A stretch of 63,963 nucleotides of DNA, filler included, from Octopus bimaculoides (taxonomy: Eukaryota): the NCBI RefSeq assembly GCF_001194135.2. It is 5 parts of 5 records of this genome, joined end to end, with 100 filler letters (N's around TTAATTAATTAA, not from the genome) between each part and the next. Parts side by side here need not be neighbours in the genome. Positions count along the whole stretch, not along the records: positions 8,169 to 35,335 come from NC_068987.1; positions 35,436 to 56,906 come from NC_068993.1; 3 more parts are not named here. One strand, 5' to 3'. Below are positions 27,370 through 42,171 of this stretch, piece by piece (the stretch's first letter is position 1; every line of letters starts with the position of its first letter). A program made the position numbers and the translations under genes. A model generated the notes under the pieces. It searched no databases and had not been told where the DNA came from. It saw only the letters and a program-made list of their open reading frames with translations.

Positions 27370-27414
<45 letters not shown>

Positions 27415-28269
27415 AATATTGTGCTTGTGTGTTCGGTTCGTTTCTGTCAATCAGTTTGATAAATAGTCATGAAGAACTGAAGCAGCAACACACGTCAGGG
27501 TGCGGCGGTAGTGATTTAGCTTCTGTCCAACCGTAAGCAAAGAAATGTAAGCTCCAAGCATTCTCAGGAACTGCTCCTCTACTAGATTTAGTTTTTATTG
27601 TCAAACAATTCCCTATCCTTCCTTAGTTTACTGTCTATTACTACCTAATGTTTTATGAGAATTCTGGTTATCATTTCCAGTTTTACTTGACACAAAGTCG
27701 CTTTGTTATGTTTCCCTCTTTTCCTCTCATTTTACCAGAGGTTTATGTATATCTATATACATAAGCGATTACAGTGACACGATAGATCACAGTTCAACGT
27801 AGAATCGTAGTTAACGGGCCTGTCACAATCGCATTCTCTGAAATATAGGATACATTTTAAAATATATAAGTCGTTGTATGATGAAATGGGTGGCGGGGAC
27901 CTTTCGATTTCAGATATGCTTAATCAATGTTTGAGTGGAATTAAACAAATGCGATGCATAGTCTTAGTCAGTGCAGATGTCCAAATACTTTACATTTATT
28001 AACAGCTGTTCTTCATTGAATTATCTCACGAGGCAACGTATGATATGGGTCGAAAATGTCAACGTTTCCTCTATCAATTAATCTCACGAATTCAATGTGA
28101 ATATATTCAAAGTGAATAAATACTGGCTTGACTGTGAGGTAAAGAAGCTTCCTTTGTAGCCACCTGGTTTCTTGTTCAGTCTTATAGGGCAACACCTTGA
28201 GGAGGCGGCTTAGGCTATATCCCTACGCCGACGAATCGACTAATACTTTGTGAGTAAATATGATGGAGG

Positions 28270-28740
28270 TTGTGCACTACCAGCCAAGGTACCACCGGTG
28301 AAATATCAATCCTGACCTGAGACGAATAGTCCGTGGTCCAGAGTACATATAGACGACACTGGACCAGTGAATGGCGCTTACTATTTGATCATTGTTGATA
28401 GCTTTACCAAGTGGCCAGAAGTAGGTAGGTTCAGTCAACCTCGAAGGCAACAATAAAGTTCCTGCACGAACCTTTTGATCGTTATTATGTTGCGGACACC
28501 ATGGTATTGGACAATGGAACACAATTTACAGGATATGAGTTCAAGAAATTCTGCAAAATGCATGCAATCGAGCACGTTTACCATGTCCTACCACACGAGG
28601 TCAAACGGGCAAGCAGAACGATTCGTAGATACCTTCAAGCGAGCGCTAAAAAAGCAAGGAACAAGTTAGCAAATGACCAAGCGCTAGCTAAATCCTTAAG
28701 AGTGTACAGAATAACGTCCAATCTGCCCAATACCAAAATA
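28270..28740 (+). pseudogene. Gypsy/Ty3 LTR-retrotransposon integrase core remnant
   Basis: PWSRVHID.TGPVNGAYYLIIVDSFTKWPEV, DNGTQF..EFKKFC and YHTRSNGQAERFVDTFKRAL. Confidence 0.9.
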
Positions 28741-28744
28741 TGAA

Positions 28745-29040
28745 CTCCTATCGGAATCTACCCATTCTACATAGCACCTTTCTTGGAACTGCAACTGTAA
28801 CATCCTACATATATTTTTACATTTATATTTATTCTCTTATTTCCCTTTATGCTTCCTATATCAATCCTTTTCCAAAATAACTCCTCATATTGAACTCTGC
28901 TATTTCTCTCTCATTAATTCGTCCATATCGTATCTGATGAAGGGGAATACCTAATATCTCAGAAACAGCTATATATCTACTTTTCCCTTTATAAATGTCC
29001 TATAAATTCCACACACCCTTGGCTTTGTTGTGTCATTTTC
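28745..29040 (+). mobile_element. Penelope terminal-repeat-like segment with a degenerate hammerhead (28930-28975)
   Basis: CTGATGA-aggggaatacctaatatctca-GAAACAGCT. Confidence 0.45.
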
Positions 29041-29042
29041 TT

Positions 29043-29112
<70 letters not shown>

Positions 29113-29135
29113 NNNNNNNNNNNNNNNNNNNNNNN

Positions 29136-29193
<58 letters not shown>

Positions 29194-32100
29194 GTATGTA
29201 TGTATATCCACACATAGACTCAGAATTGAGATTGTATCTCACTTGTGGTGAAACCTTCCCTTAAATTGAAAATCTTACTGATATTGCTATAATGTTAACC
29301 TTAGTTAGTACACGCTACGTCGATGGACAACGGATTGAAATACAATATTAACTTTGATGATGCATTATTTAACCTTGTGTGATTTGTGGCTATAACTCAA
29401 AGAAGTATAAGTAGATAGCATCAAGTCATACTGAAGGGTCATCTCAACCTATTTATAGTATTTAATGCGGATCAGTTTTTAATATTACAAATGATTTCGT
29501 CATTTTAACTCACTGCGGTAAATGCATTAGGTGTCAGCTTAGCTACCATTGTTCTTCTTTTCTGAGCATGCAAGAATGACAACACCGAACGCTATTATTT
29601 ATTAGACTCCATCGGCCCAAGTATGCTCTTTACTTTTGTCTATTGGCATTGTGTCAATGAAATTATTATACAGAATATTGGGAAATCCAATGGTGCTCTG
29701 AAAATTGATTATTTAAATGTATTTTAGACTGGCATTGTAACACTCATGGCACTGGCTGTCATGCAATGAAATTAATCATTTGAAATAATGAGTGTAGCAG
29801 AGAAAGATTCGTGCTCCATGATCGCCAAATCTCCGATGCGATTTCAATTAATGATGATGACAACAATGTTCTTGATAAATAACGATATCACATTTCTGTT
29901 CTTAATTTCTCCCTCGAACTGTATTAGTTTTTGTACTTAATTAAGAAAGCAGTGGGAGCTAAGTAGACTCTTCGGTTTCAAGTAACGGTTTACTCATATC
30001 TATTTCATTTATAATGGGTAAACCTTAAAACGGGCGAGGAATTGACCAATATTTATTATTCTTCCACTGACTTGAGGTCCTTGCATCTTGCTAAAGAAAC
30101 AATCAACGGCCACCGATTGAGAGTGAATTATTGTAACATATTCCCTCTCTATGAATGTAATGACCGTATTACTAATATACTATCAACCTCACAGTTATCT
30201 GGAATTCCCTCTCTGATGGTCTCTGTCTTTAGCTATGGGCTTGCAACTACTCAGGTAAAACATCACTCTCTCAAGCCTTACTCTTCTTGGATGGCCCACA
30301 CTGTCACATACATATTTTTCTCTTGTAATAAATTCATGTTTAATACAGCTTTTACATCAGGTTTAAATGTGTAGTTATAAATGGTCTAATACTGAAATTA
30401 CATCAAATTTAATATTGTAGCTACCCCGGGTTTTAAGTTGTAGCTAAATGAGCTTTCATAATGTTGTTAGGCCACATTCTATATTGTAGGTAGATGATCT
30501 TTAATTATGTAGTTAAAATAGTTATAGCAAGTTTAATACGAAGTTAAATCAGAATTGCTACTCCACGGACCTGTTCTCTAGGTTATGTCTAATCGCTTCA
30601 ATCTTGTCTCCTACCATGAATTAATAATACCAATTTATGGCAGCTGAAGCCCATGGAATAGTTTGAACTCACAAAAGCGGAGAAGATAAAGATGTGTAGT
30701 TAAGACGTTCGTTGTATAATAAATTCGTCTGCATCGATCATATTTTACAAAACCTTAGGAAATATTTCATAACCTCGAGTTCACCGACATCGCCAATATC
30801 TTTAGTCAAATGCGTGATATAGAAGTGAAATTAAACACTTACTAGAACGATGACTAGAAAGATAAATCCTTCCTCCTGTTTTTGAATGAAGTTTAAATCT
30901 GCTGTGATTATGTTATTAAGCGTTAGGTATATATCTTAAAATCTGTCACCATATTTGAACAACTTTTCTGTAACTAGTCGGTTAAAATCCTCGCATTAGA
31001 TTCTGCCACAGATTTCGTTATTTTTGATGCTACATTGATACACATCTGGATATTGATGTACATATGAAGATATATATTTACTTTTGATATCAGCGATACG
31101 GAAAATCTGCTCAACAGCAAGTAAATTTTAAAAGAAACATATCATAAAATAACGTATTTCAGTAAGCTTGCTCATTAATGACAGATATTATCAGTGAGAG
31201 AATTGCATTGTCATTGCGAGAAATTAAAAACATCTCAACATAAATCTTTGCGGATAATCTCACAATTGAAATTCTTCACATAGTAAATCATCCCACGCGA
31301 TTTCTTTTATGTTACAAGTATCATTAACTAATTGTTCTCATATATTCTTGACACCTGTCCACCTATTCACGTTTTCACATTATCAACTGTGGTTTCAAAT
31401 TTATTTTAGTTTCCCTAATTTTTTTTCCCTTTATCCTTTCGTGGTTTAGAGAATTAGCTGAAGATTACATTTAGAACTTCAAATTAAATAATTTATACTG
31501 ACATTAGCAATACTTAAAGTGTTAGTATAATCCGGGAAAATTAACTAATGCATTAATTTGTTGAAAGCTAATCTTTTCCAGCAGGAACGAAAGACAAACT
31601 CTCATGGAAAGTTAAATAGCAACGTTAACTTTATATTACCAATCTATATTATCTTCTTATCTATTGGACCTGTTATAAATGCTTATCTAGCTAATAAGCA
31701 AGCTATTTATTCGACTATAGCCTGTCTGTTTGCGAATATCAGTTATTAATAATTAGTCTTCTTCGAAAAGTCCGCTGAACGGTATACAGCTTAATGATGA
31801 GAGTAACTCTCAATTTTTTTCCATATAAAAATAAGAAAAAATAATTTACTAGAGTTAGAGCGTGTGTAGTGCATCAATTCTACATAAACGGGCTCACGCA
31901 TGCGCAGATACACGCACACCCACACACAAATATATATATAGATATAGATTTCCATATATACATATATGAATGCATATATGTATATATGGAAATCTATATC
32001 TATATATGTATGTGCATATTATACAGGTGCCTAATGTGGGGAGAATCGAGGGAAAACATGTCACATATTGTAATCATAAAGGTAGCATTGTTAGGGTGGA

Positions 32101-32227
32101 AACAGGGAGATGTATGTGGGGATGCAAAAAGGAATTAACTGGCAGGTCATAGTCTGAATGAACCGGTGCTTTAGCATTAGAGGTCCAACATATGTCCTTT
32201 CCTACATATATCTGTCTGTGTGTGTGC

Positions 32228-32305
<78 letters not shown>

Positions 32306-32313
32306 CTGTATAC

Positions 32314-33110
32314 TATGAGGTCCGGCTGAAAATTTAACACGCTGACTATGAACGATGAAGCTAATATTGTGACATTTTACAGGTATTAATTTCAGCTCTC
32401 CTTCCTTTCCGGTAAATTGAGTGTTCCGGTAAACTGACCTTTCCGGTAAATGACTGTTCAAAAAAGAGTGCAAAAATGATCACTAGCGACTTCTCCTGAA
32501 TGTCGAAAAAATTTGGCATCGTGGTGATATCAAATACCTATAGGAGAGGGCTTTAGCTCTCATCGACATTTATGGTGACGTGATTGGTACTTTAAGGGAT
32601 GTCGCTTCGGCTTTATCAACAGTGGAAAATTGGAGAAGAGGAGAAAGTCTTTAAGATGACGCAAGGTCTGGATATCCTGCAACCGCCATCACCGAGGGAA
32701 ACTATGATCGTGTTCCCCATATACTGATGAATGACAGACGATTGACTATAAATCAAACCCATATGACTAAATGCCCTGTAAGAAATACGAAACAAGAGTT
32801 ATTCCACTAAGGCAAGGTTCCAGCACACAAGTTCTTGGTTTCAATGGTTGCTATGCGTGATATGCTTTTGAACTGGTTGAATAGCCTCCCTACTCTCCTG
32901 ATTTGGCCCCATCTGACTATCATCTGCTCCCCTAATGTCAAAAACCACTTGGCTCAGAAGCAGTATCGCAGTGATGATGATGTTATATCTGCTGGTGATG
33001 ACCTTTCTATCAACGGAATGAAAGCTTCTTTACAAACGAGATCGTGGACCGAAATGGGGAATATATTGAACAATAAACGTCATTTGGTCACATTCCATGA
33101 AGGTATAATT
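32314..33110 (+). mobile_element. Internally deleted mariner
   Basis: 5' TIR 'TA-tgaggtccggctgaaaa', DDARSG.P and YSPDLAPSDY. Confidence 0.8.
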
Positions 33111-33579
33111 ATGGAGTAAGCTGTCTTTGAGAATGACGTTATGAAATTCACTAAACGTTGATGAACAAATGTAGATCGAGTAATACTGGAGAAAGTCACA
33201 TCCGTGTTACTTTACATCTGAACGTTAGTGTATTTTGGCCTGATAATAAATAAATCAATATTTGACGAAGGAAGTAGTTATGTCTTTAAAAGCATCTCAT
33301 TTATTTTTCAATTCATTGAATCTAAAATAGTTATCATTAGCAGCTGTTAGTGACAGATTTTTATTCATAATTTAATAATCAATTCAGTATTCTGTGGTAT
33401 CTTATACACACACTCAAAAAAATTATTTGTGCGTGCATATGTGTGAGCGCGCGCATGTGTGAATGTATGTGTGTACAAAACCAAAGTATTTTGGTCATAG
33501 AGATTTGAATCTTTTCTCATCCGTACCTGATAAGATCTTTGGTTGTTGGCATCAACGAAATATTAAAGTTGCGCAAAAG

Positions 33580-33743
<164 letters not shown>

Positions 33744-33819
33744 GCGTATATGTTTTTTGTATTTTATTTGGATGTGCTTCGCAGTATTATTATCACATTT
33801 TCAATAGCCATTCTCTTAG

Positions 33820-34910
33820 CTTCTGGTGAAGGAGAGTGATATTGCTGTCCTTTTTACTGTTTCTTGCTCTGATGTAGGTTCCTCTGAGACTTTGAGCAGC
33901 AGAAGATCAAGTTCTTTCTTCAAAATATCTACACTTACCTCATGTAGATCTCACAGAAATTTTACAACGATATTAAATAGTTGTAGACTCTGAATCCCAA
34001 TCTATTTCAATACTTGGTCCTCACTTTAGGCTGGATGGACGGGACCTTTGCAACAGTTCAGTGAGGTCCAGTTCAGGGACTGTTACATTTTTTGATATAA
34101 AAGTTTAGCCCTAACCCCTCTAAGATCTTCTATATGTATGTCACTGCATATCTCTCCCGTCTTCTTTCCAGGGAGTAGAGTCTTAAGCTTTACAGTCTTT
34201 CTTAGAAGCTCAGCTGTTCCTGTGATGTAATCTTCCAGCTGTAGCACCGCTGAACTGACTTATGTTCTGTTATTGATTTGTCACTATGACATTACCACAA
34301 TTAAATGCAGCAGTTCAAACAGAAGCTAAGAGAATGGCAGCAAGCTAGCTCAAGCTTGTTGACAGCAGAGGGCTTCGATTTCTCTGCCTTAAATTGCATC
34401 TCGTTTTCTTCTTCACATTTATATATAAATAGCACCTAGGAATTGCTGTAGAATATTAGCATCGAAGGATACATTGGTTGACTATACTGCTTTTGTATCG
34501 TCGGCATACTATGTAAATGTGGCTGTCTTATAATCATTGGCATGTCCAAAAAAGGTACCATAATGAGCAGCAACCCCAAGACAGTTAATTGATATCACTG
34601 TCTCTTTGCAGAGGGCCTCAATGGCTGCCACAACTTGACTTCTGTCCCGTAGCTTGAGACATATTATCCCGTGGTCAACCTTATCATAGGCTATTGCAAA
34701 TGATTCGTACATCCATATTTGAGCGATTCATTAGCTGTAGCAAAATTCAATCACAATGCCACAGAAGCTATGTAAGGCGTGGTGTCATGGAGCAAGTTAC
34801 CATCTTCAAGGAACATGATTAGCTCCCTCCTTACTATATGTTCCATGACATGGCTTACATGTGAGTTTAGAGACACATGTCTATGACTTTTAGCATCCTG
34901 TAGGCTCCCT
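33820..34910 (-). mobile_element. CR1-clade LINE remnant (RT pieces and 3' end)
   Basis: HRHVSLNSHVSHVMEHIVR, AYDKVDHGII, LRLYSLERRRERYA and KKELDLLL. Confidence 0.85.
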
Positions 34911-35335
34911 ACTTTGTTTATGTACACATACACACACAAAAACACACATTCACATAACACATACACACATGTTGATATAATATAATCTGTGTAATAACCT
35001 CTTAATGTGCATTTGAAAGAGTGTATACGGTTATCGGCTACGATATGCCATCATTCAGCAGGGTATGATGTTGGTTTATGCAGAATTTATATTAAAACGA
35101 GAAGATTGAATTCCCAGTGGTGTGTGAGACACTCACCTGTTAAAATCCTGCTGCACTGCTGGTGTTGAATATATGTAATTAAATACATAATAACTCATAA
35201 AATAGCTGGATATAGAAACTCGACAATTTTCAGCTGTGATCATTGGACAAAAGCAATCGATGTGATTTGTATAAAAATTAAAGGCTGTTAGGTCCATCTT
35301 CTTGTTTTATGTTATATGTATATATATATATATAT

Positions 35336-35435
35336 NNNNNNNNNNNNNNNNNNNNNNNNNNNNNNNNNNNNNNNNNNNNTTAATTAATTAANNNNNNNNN
35401 NNNNNNNNNNNNNNNNNNNNNNNNNNNNNNNNNNN
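35336..35435. other. Artificial assembly spacer
   Basis: 44 N + TTAATTAATTAA + 44 N. Confidence 0.95.
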
Positions 35436-35509
35436 ACAACAACGGCGATCACCTACACCATTCAATAATACTGGCATCTATCTAACTGTTTATCTACCAA
35501 CCAGCCTAC

Positions 35510-35521
35510 CTACCTACTTTC

Positions 35522-35576
<55 letters not shown>

Positions 35577-35577
35577 C

Positions 35578-35633
<56 letters not shown>

Positions 35634-35635
35634 AG
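35510..35635. repeat. (TATC)n microsatellite
   Basis: Directly visible tandem repeat. Confidence 0.95.
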
Positions 35636-36726
35636 ACTCTGTAGACTCTGTATTTCTGCGTCTCTATATCTGTGCAGTTCAGTTTTATTGATGAGCTCTC
35701 TATATAACTTCAGTCACATACATGGCCATAAGAATTCCGAGACACACTATATTTCCTGTTTTCTCTCGTTCATGCACGTGGTCGCACATTACTACATAAG
35801 TCTATCATTTATTTTGTATATGTGAGAGTTACTTCATATTTTCTACCAAATCATCTACTTTGAAAAAACAAAAAAAGCATGCAATAGTTACTTGAATACA
35901 TATACATACACATATGCGAATACATACACAATACATATACATACATACGCATGTGTGTGTGTGGGAGCTAGGAGATAGAGATCGTTTGAGTGTGTTTTGT
36001 AAACATATATTTAACTGCGCTGTGCAAATAGTCTAGAGTTTAAAGAGCATGATTCAATCGGCAGAATGAACCCAAGAACTACTCGATTAGATTCATCTGA
36101 TCATTATTGGCTTATGAACTCTGCATTTGTTAGTCGCTCTACAGATTCATGAAGCGGATTACAACTACTTATGAACAATGCTACGAGTAACATCCATCGG
36201 GTCTAATCATCTGTCCCTACGCCCGTTGATGTTATGTCTGAATTAGCAAAATATACTGTAAAGGCATTGTGCGTGCGTGTGAGAGAGAGAGTGTGTATGT
36301 GTGTGTGTTTAAATGGTGAATACATTTTTGTGTGGCTCGTTCTGATGAAAGAGCTCGTCTATTTATCCACAGTGTCTATTTACACAAAATGGCCAAATGC
36401 GTTTATTAATTATACACTTCTAAAATTGTTTCCATATCACATACAGCTAAATGACCTCCCTCTCGGTAATTTTGTAAATTAATAGGCACCCGCGATAAAT
36501 GAACTGATATGGAAATTAATAAAATCTGGTCTTGTTTTCCACAGCATTTTCTGGTAATTCTTGTAAGCTGCTTTTATTCTGTGCGCAAAGAACGAAGCAG
36601 ACACTCCCAAGACCCTGCAAATACCACGTGACAGTAAGTTCACTGTTCGTTTGTTTTCTTAAGAATCATGTCAGTAACTATGTGTGTATCAAACTGCCAA
36701 CAATGAAAGAACATAATCAAATAAAC

Positions 36727-37550
36727 CAGGGGTCACCAGACTACGGTCCGCGGGCCGGATCCGGACTGCGAGGTCAATTCATCTGACCCGCCACAACACT
36801 GTACATTTTTTGTAAGTACGTGCAATGAGAGTTCATTCCAGCAACGATCGTGTTTTAACTTGCATTGCCGTGGTTAAACATTCTCTTCACGAGAATGTTT
36901 GCTGAAAATGAATCTGTCACTCATACAAATTACGAAATAGAAAATATAGCAGAGCGAGGAAAACCGTTTACTGACGGCAACTTCATCAAAGAGTGTATGA
37001 TGGAAGCAGCTTGTGTCCTGAGAAAGCCGATTTGCTTGGAAGTATCAGCCATTCAGCAAGCTGAGCTGTACGAAGAAAAGAACTTGGAAAGAACATAGTG
37101 CTACAGATACGCGAGAAAGCTAGGAACTTCTTGCGTTAGTCTACTCATCTCTTGAGTACGTCACAACTTCTCGTGTTCATTCGTGGTGTTAATTTGGATT
37201 TTCAGATCATAGAAAAGTTGGCATCCGTTTGCAGCATGCACAGAACAAAAACTGGAGAAGACATTTTCATGCAAGTGCAGAAAACTTTCCACCTTCAGTG
37301 GAATCAGCTTCGATGTATTAGAGTTGATGGAGGAAAAAGCATGGCTAGAGTGAGGAAGGGTCTAGTGGAGCAGATCAGGACCAAGTTGGAAGATCTTCAA
37401 CTTCCGGCTGCTCTTTTATACACTACATTATATATCAGCAAGCACTCTATGGGAAAAACAAATATTCCTTGCGTGCTGAAACCAGTCTTTTTTGCGGTGA
37501 ACTTTATCTCCTATTGCTTTTCTGTACGAACCTTTGTTACCTTGGTGTAG
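36727..37550 (+). mobile_element. hAT (Charlie/SPIN/GTF2IRD2-like) transposon 5' part with decayed transposase
   Basis: Terminus 'caggggtcaccagactacggtccgcgggccggatccgg', and motifs KPFTDGNFIKECM, QLLVFIRGV, TGEDIF and VDGGKSM. Confidence 0.85.
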
Positions 37551-38610
37551 AAACCAGAATACAGAGTTTATTTTATGGCTGCATTAACCAAGCTGCATCG
37601 GTATTTACTGCATTAATGAGTGTGTTTTTGACACTGGTCATGTGCAGCATGTAATTATTTGCATTTAGCCAGAGAATACGATAAAAATAAATTGATCCAA
37701 ATTTATAGAAGCATGAAATACATCTGAGGCCATATCATTCTTTGTTGGATTTATATATAAATTTTGAGCGCGAATTCTGCCTGGTCAGCGGCACTATTTC
37801 CACAAGGAAACTTTTATCAGGTAATTTCCATGTAGCCTATGCATATTAAGTTCCTAGACTCACAAAATTTTGTCTTCTATTCAAGATATTTTTTCCATTC
37901 AGGAAATGGAATATGTTTTTCTTGAAGGATATTCATTAGATTACGAATTGAGCAATAATTGTTTTTCTGGATCTCACTTCCATTTCATTCAGATTACCAT
38001 TAAATACAATGTAATTCTTTGTTCATTTTGACACAAAATGATGTTCAATAATACTTTACTCTCAGTAGGTAATGGATTGCCCAGTATCGTAGCAACGTAA
38101 CAGTATACTGCTGTTTTAGAAAGAAAAGTAATATTATACGCCTGATTACAGATTATTACGATAATTGAGCAAAAGGATAATACTTTCTAAAATAATAAAT
38201 CATAAGTTCTAGTTAATAAAAACGAAATTGCTAATCAATACAATCTTACGTATTTCCTCGAAAAGACAAGAAAAAAAACAAACAAACAAACAAATCAAGA
38301 AAAGAAGATAAATAAACCGAAAACGACACATGGATATATGTATATATGTATATATAGATGTATGTAAGAGCAGAATATAATTCGCTGATGAGTTCTAGTA
38401 AAAACAAAGCTTAATCCTTATTTCCCACGTTTTTTCTGATTTAGAGGTCATACCAAGTTTTATTATCGTTATTGTTTATAAGTCACTAAATTTCAGTAGT
38501 TCAGTCAGATTTTCTCTACTAAGAGCGTAAAGCCTCCTGGGAAGAGTCGGAAGGTTTTGTATTTAATATATTGGATGCGTACCTTTGGTATTTTCTCATA
38601 GCAATGTGCA

Positions 38611-38681
<71 letters not shown>

Positions 38682-41600
38682 TTGTGTGTGTGCGTGTGTT
38701 GGTATTGGTCTCCATCTTCGATGAAAATACACAAAGATACACGAGATTTCTTGATAAATATACAAATTATACGAGGTAAATTATACGAGATAAATTATAG
38801 GTACTATAAAAGTTTCCCCTGTCTTCGTCTTCTAGGTCTATCTACATTAGGTTCAATGTAAGTTACGTTACTCTTAACGTTGGACCTTTGTAATACGACG
38901 TTGTAGTATGGGGCAGACATTTTGTAAATTGCTTGTTGGAAACATGCCTACTAATGCTATTAACTAATTGTTTGATAATTGACAGTGAGTGTTAGAGTCG
39001 ACATCAGTGTAGGAGGTGTTCTCATTTGTTTTATGGTAGGGTTTAAATTTGCCTGTACTAAAAATCATATTAATGCCTAGGAAACTTCTTTAAACTTAGC
39101 GTTGTAGATTTTCAATTCAGTTGGTCTAAATATTTTCTATAATTTTTTTCTTATCTTATCCATATCGTGTCCATTTTAGTTATGTACCATATGCCCACTC
39201 CAAGAAGTATAAAATTAGTATATATGCGTGCACACACGAACATATACCAATATATATTTATACACACACATACACGTATGTATATTTTTTTCTCTTATCT
39301 ATCTCTTTTAGTCTTTCTCAGTTACTGGATTGCATATATGTTGAACAACGACTCAAAAACACTGTCAGATGAGCGTGCAGTTTACTTTCTTGCCGCATTT
39401 ATTGCTAATGATCTCCGTTTGAACTAATATATCATTCAATATCTGATTTGTGTCTGATATAATTTCATTTTAAAAGAGTATTATACAATTTTCATCAAAG
39501 TGATATGAAGTAATTTGCAAATGTAAAAGAAAAAAGACAGAATGTAAAAAATTAATGCTAGTTTCAACGAGAACATTGAACATGCATCCCCAAAGTGATC
39601 ATGTCAAAAATACGACAGGACTTCCTTTCTGTCGTAATGCATACATACTCTGATCCACAGTTGCACCAGAATTAAGTGTATTCCCTGTCGGTTTCAGCAA
39701 TGTGTATTCTAGTTCATAAACCAGCAGTATTATATTTTATGTGTCGGGGGGTAACATTAGCGTAACATGCACCAAGAATCAGTCTGACACTGTCTGTGAC
39801 ACAAGCAGTACTTAGCCAAAGTGGTGCACGCATGGATGGGTCACATCGCTACGATTGCAAAGTGAACTTCTACATGGTTCAAGCATGCCTTCACAAAGAC
39901 ACTGAAACATGCGGACTTAGGCGTTCACGCGATCGTATACATCAAATAGCGACTGAGTTTACTAATTCACAGTAATAAAATACAAACATGCCAGAGGCAA
40001 CGTATGAAACAAAGGAAGATATCTCGATTATATTTCCATCTATCCGCGTCCTTATTAGTTTAAATCTAGCATAATTGATTAAGGATACAATATATCAAGC
40101 TAATTAATATTCTGCTATTATTTCGTTTATCCTTTTCAGACTAACTGGATTAATGACTCGTGTTCCTGCCAGAATATTGAGTTTTTGATGAACTATTTTA
40201 GTCACGTATATAAATTGCATATATCTTTTCTGATGTATATGTATAGTACTTACATGCATACATGTACACTTATATGCTTATGTACATGCATACATATATG
40301 CACTCATATGTATAATCACATACACATGCATAGTACATGCAAATATTTTTTCATACATACATACAATATGGTAGCAACAATATAGATATCCAAAGCAATC
40401 AATCTTACTGTGACAAGTGCTTACCGCACTTCATAAGCAACTGTCATAAAATGTCTCACGATAATATCTCCTAATGGAAGATAATATAGTGTCCAGAACA
40501 TTGTACAAATCTGTTCATGGAAGCATCGTCCAGAAGGTCAAAATATAAAAAATTACAGCGAAGAGAAGTGTACCTTCACTCATGTTCAGAAAAATTACAG
40601 ATGGAGCGACCCAATCAAAATATCAGGAAGAAATATATTCACAACGGAAAAGACGCAATTATCTGGAACAGGAAAAAGACGTTTTTCACAGCGGACCTTA
40701 ATTAGCGAGAAACTTAAATTCCAAAGTAGAACACATATTTACATAGAGTGAAGGACAATCACGCCATCATGTTGGGATATTCATCATTTGTGTAGTAAAA
40801 CTTTTGCTCCAGTCCACCCATATTCGTTGTGATATCATGAGATTAGTTTCGTCTACCTCTTGACTCTCTGCCCCATCTATTGTAGATCCTTCACAAAAGT
40901 TGACCTACAATGATGCAGGCTTTCTCTTTACCTTTTTTTACCTCTGATATGCGTTTCATTGATTTATGGGGTATAATTTCTTCGTTCAAACGCAGGGTGT
41001 GACCAGTAAATCCATTCCAAGTTTTTTTTTAAATAATATCTTGCAAATTTTCCATCCCAACACTTTCCATTGATATTTAATGGCGATAATGTTATTCTTC
41101 ACTTGTATCATGGTCACCCCAAGGAATTCGCGGAATTAATCTTATACATTTCAATGAAATATCCATGTCTCACCGGCATAAATCGCTGTTGATACTCCAT
41201 CGGACATGTAGAGGTGGAATTTCATTTCCATGATGATAGAGGTCTACCGGATAATTGCTGAGAAATTTCTTTCTGCGCATCAACAAATACATTGCTTCCG
41301 AAATAAGAGAATTTTGTTGCAAATTCTTGATTCGTTTTTTTTTTTATTCTCAGTTTTTATAGCGGATGTAGTAGTATATTAGTGTACATAACCTTAATAG
41401 TGACACGTATTTAGATTCTTACCGCGGTTCAAGTCGAGGTAGATTACATTTACTCGTAGAGTCACTACCGTCAAAATAGAAGTCTTTCTCTTCTGCATGT
41501 ATTTCATACCGTGGGTTGTTCATAACCATCTTCATAATGAAATACGAAAATGGGATGGGAAGAAATACTAAGAATCTTTAGCGTAATGACAAACAACACA

Positions 41601-42056
41601 GTATTAATACTTTAAGGTTTAATGCAGAAGGAAGTATGCTTATACAGGGAATTTGTGATACTGCTAAAATTTCCTGGTATGTCATTATGTTGTAACGAGG
41701 TAAATACTCTCAAAGGCCTTCCGGAAACCAATAAAGTTAACTGGAATTTAGAGCACTGCTTAATTTTACTACGAATGCAAGGTTGCTGTTCTCAGTGATG
41801 GTTGTCTAACGGTTCTCTTGTTCTGTTCAGAATTACTACACAAAATACATACAAAATAAATGCTAAAACGTTTCCATTTGTCGCAATTCTTGAAACATCG
41901 TTCTTTAAGGCAGAAAAATAACAATACCTCTTCTTTCATAATCTTTATCCTGTTATTCTTTTCGTATTTAATAGTGGTAATATTATTTGCTATGCTTCTC
42001 AGTATTGCATGTAGCTGAGTGGCCCCCCTTCATGTTCGATATGGAAATGATTGATA

Positions 42057-42171
42057 ATGTTCGAAAATTTATTGAAAGTTTTCAACACTCCTCTCTGGCT
42101 CAGCAACGCCAGTCAGTTGGTTTTATTACTTTTGCTAGTTATTTTTACACTGCTACCACTTCGCCTTGCAG
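42057..42171 (+). CDS. Candidate first coding exon encoding a signal peptide/anchor (MFENLLKVFNTPLWLSNASQLVLLLLLVIFTLLPLRLA|G)
   Basis: Leu-rich hydrophobic core, strong phase-1 donor CAG|GTGAGC and an upstream acceptor near 42002. No downstream exons were confirmed. Confidence 0.4.
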
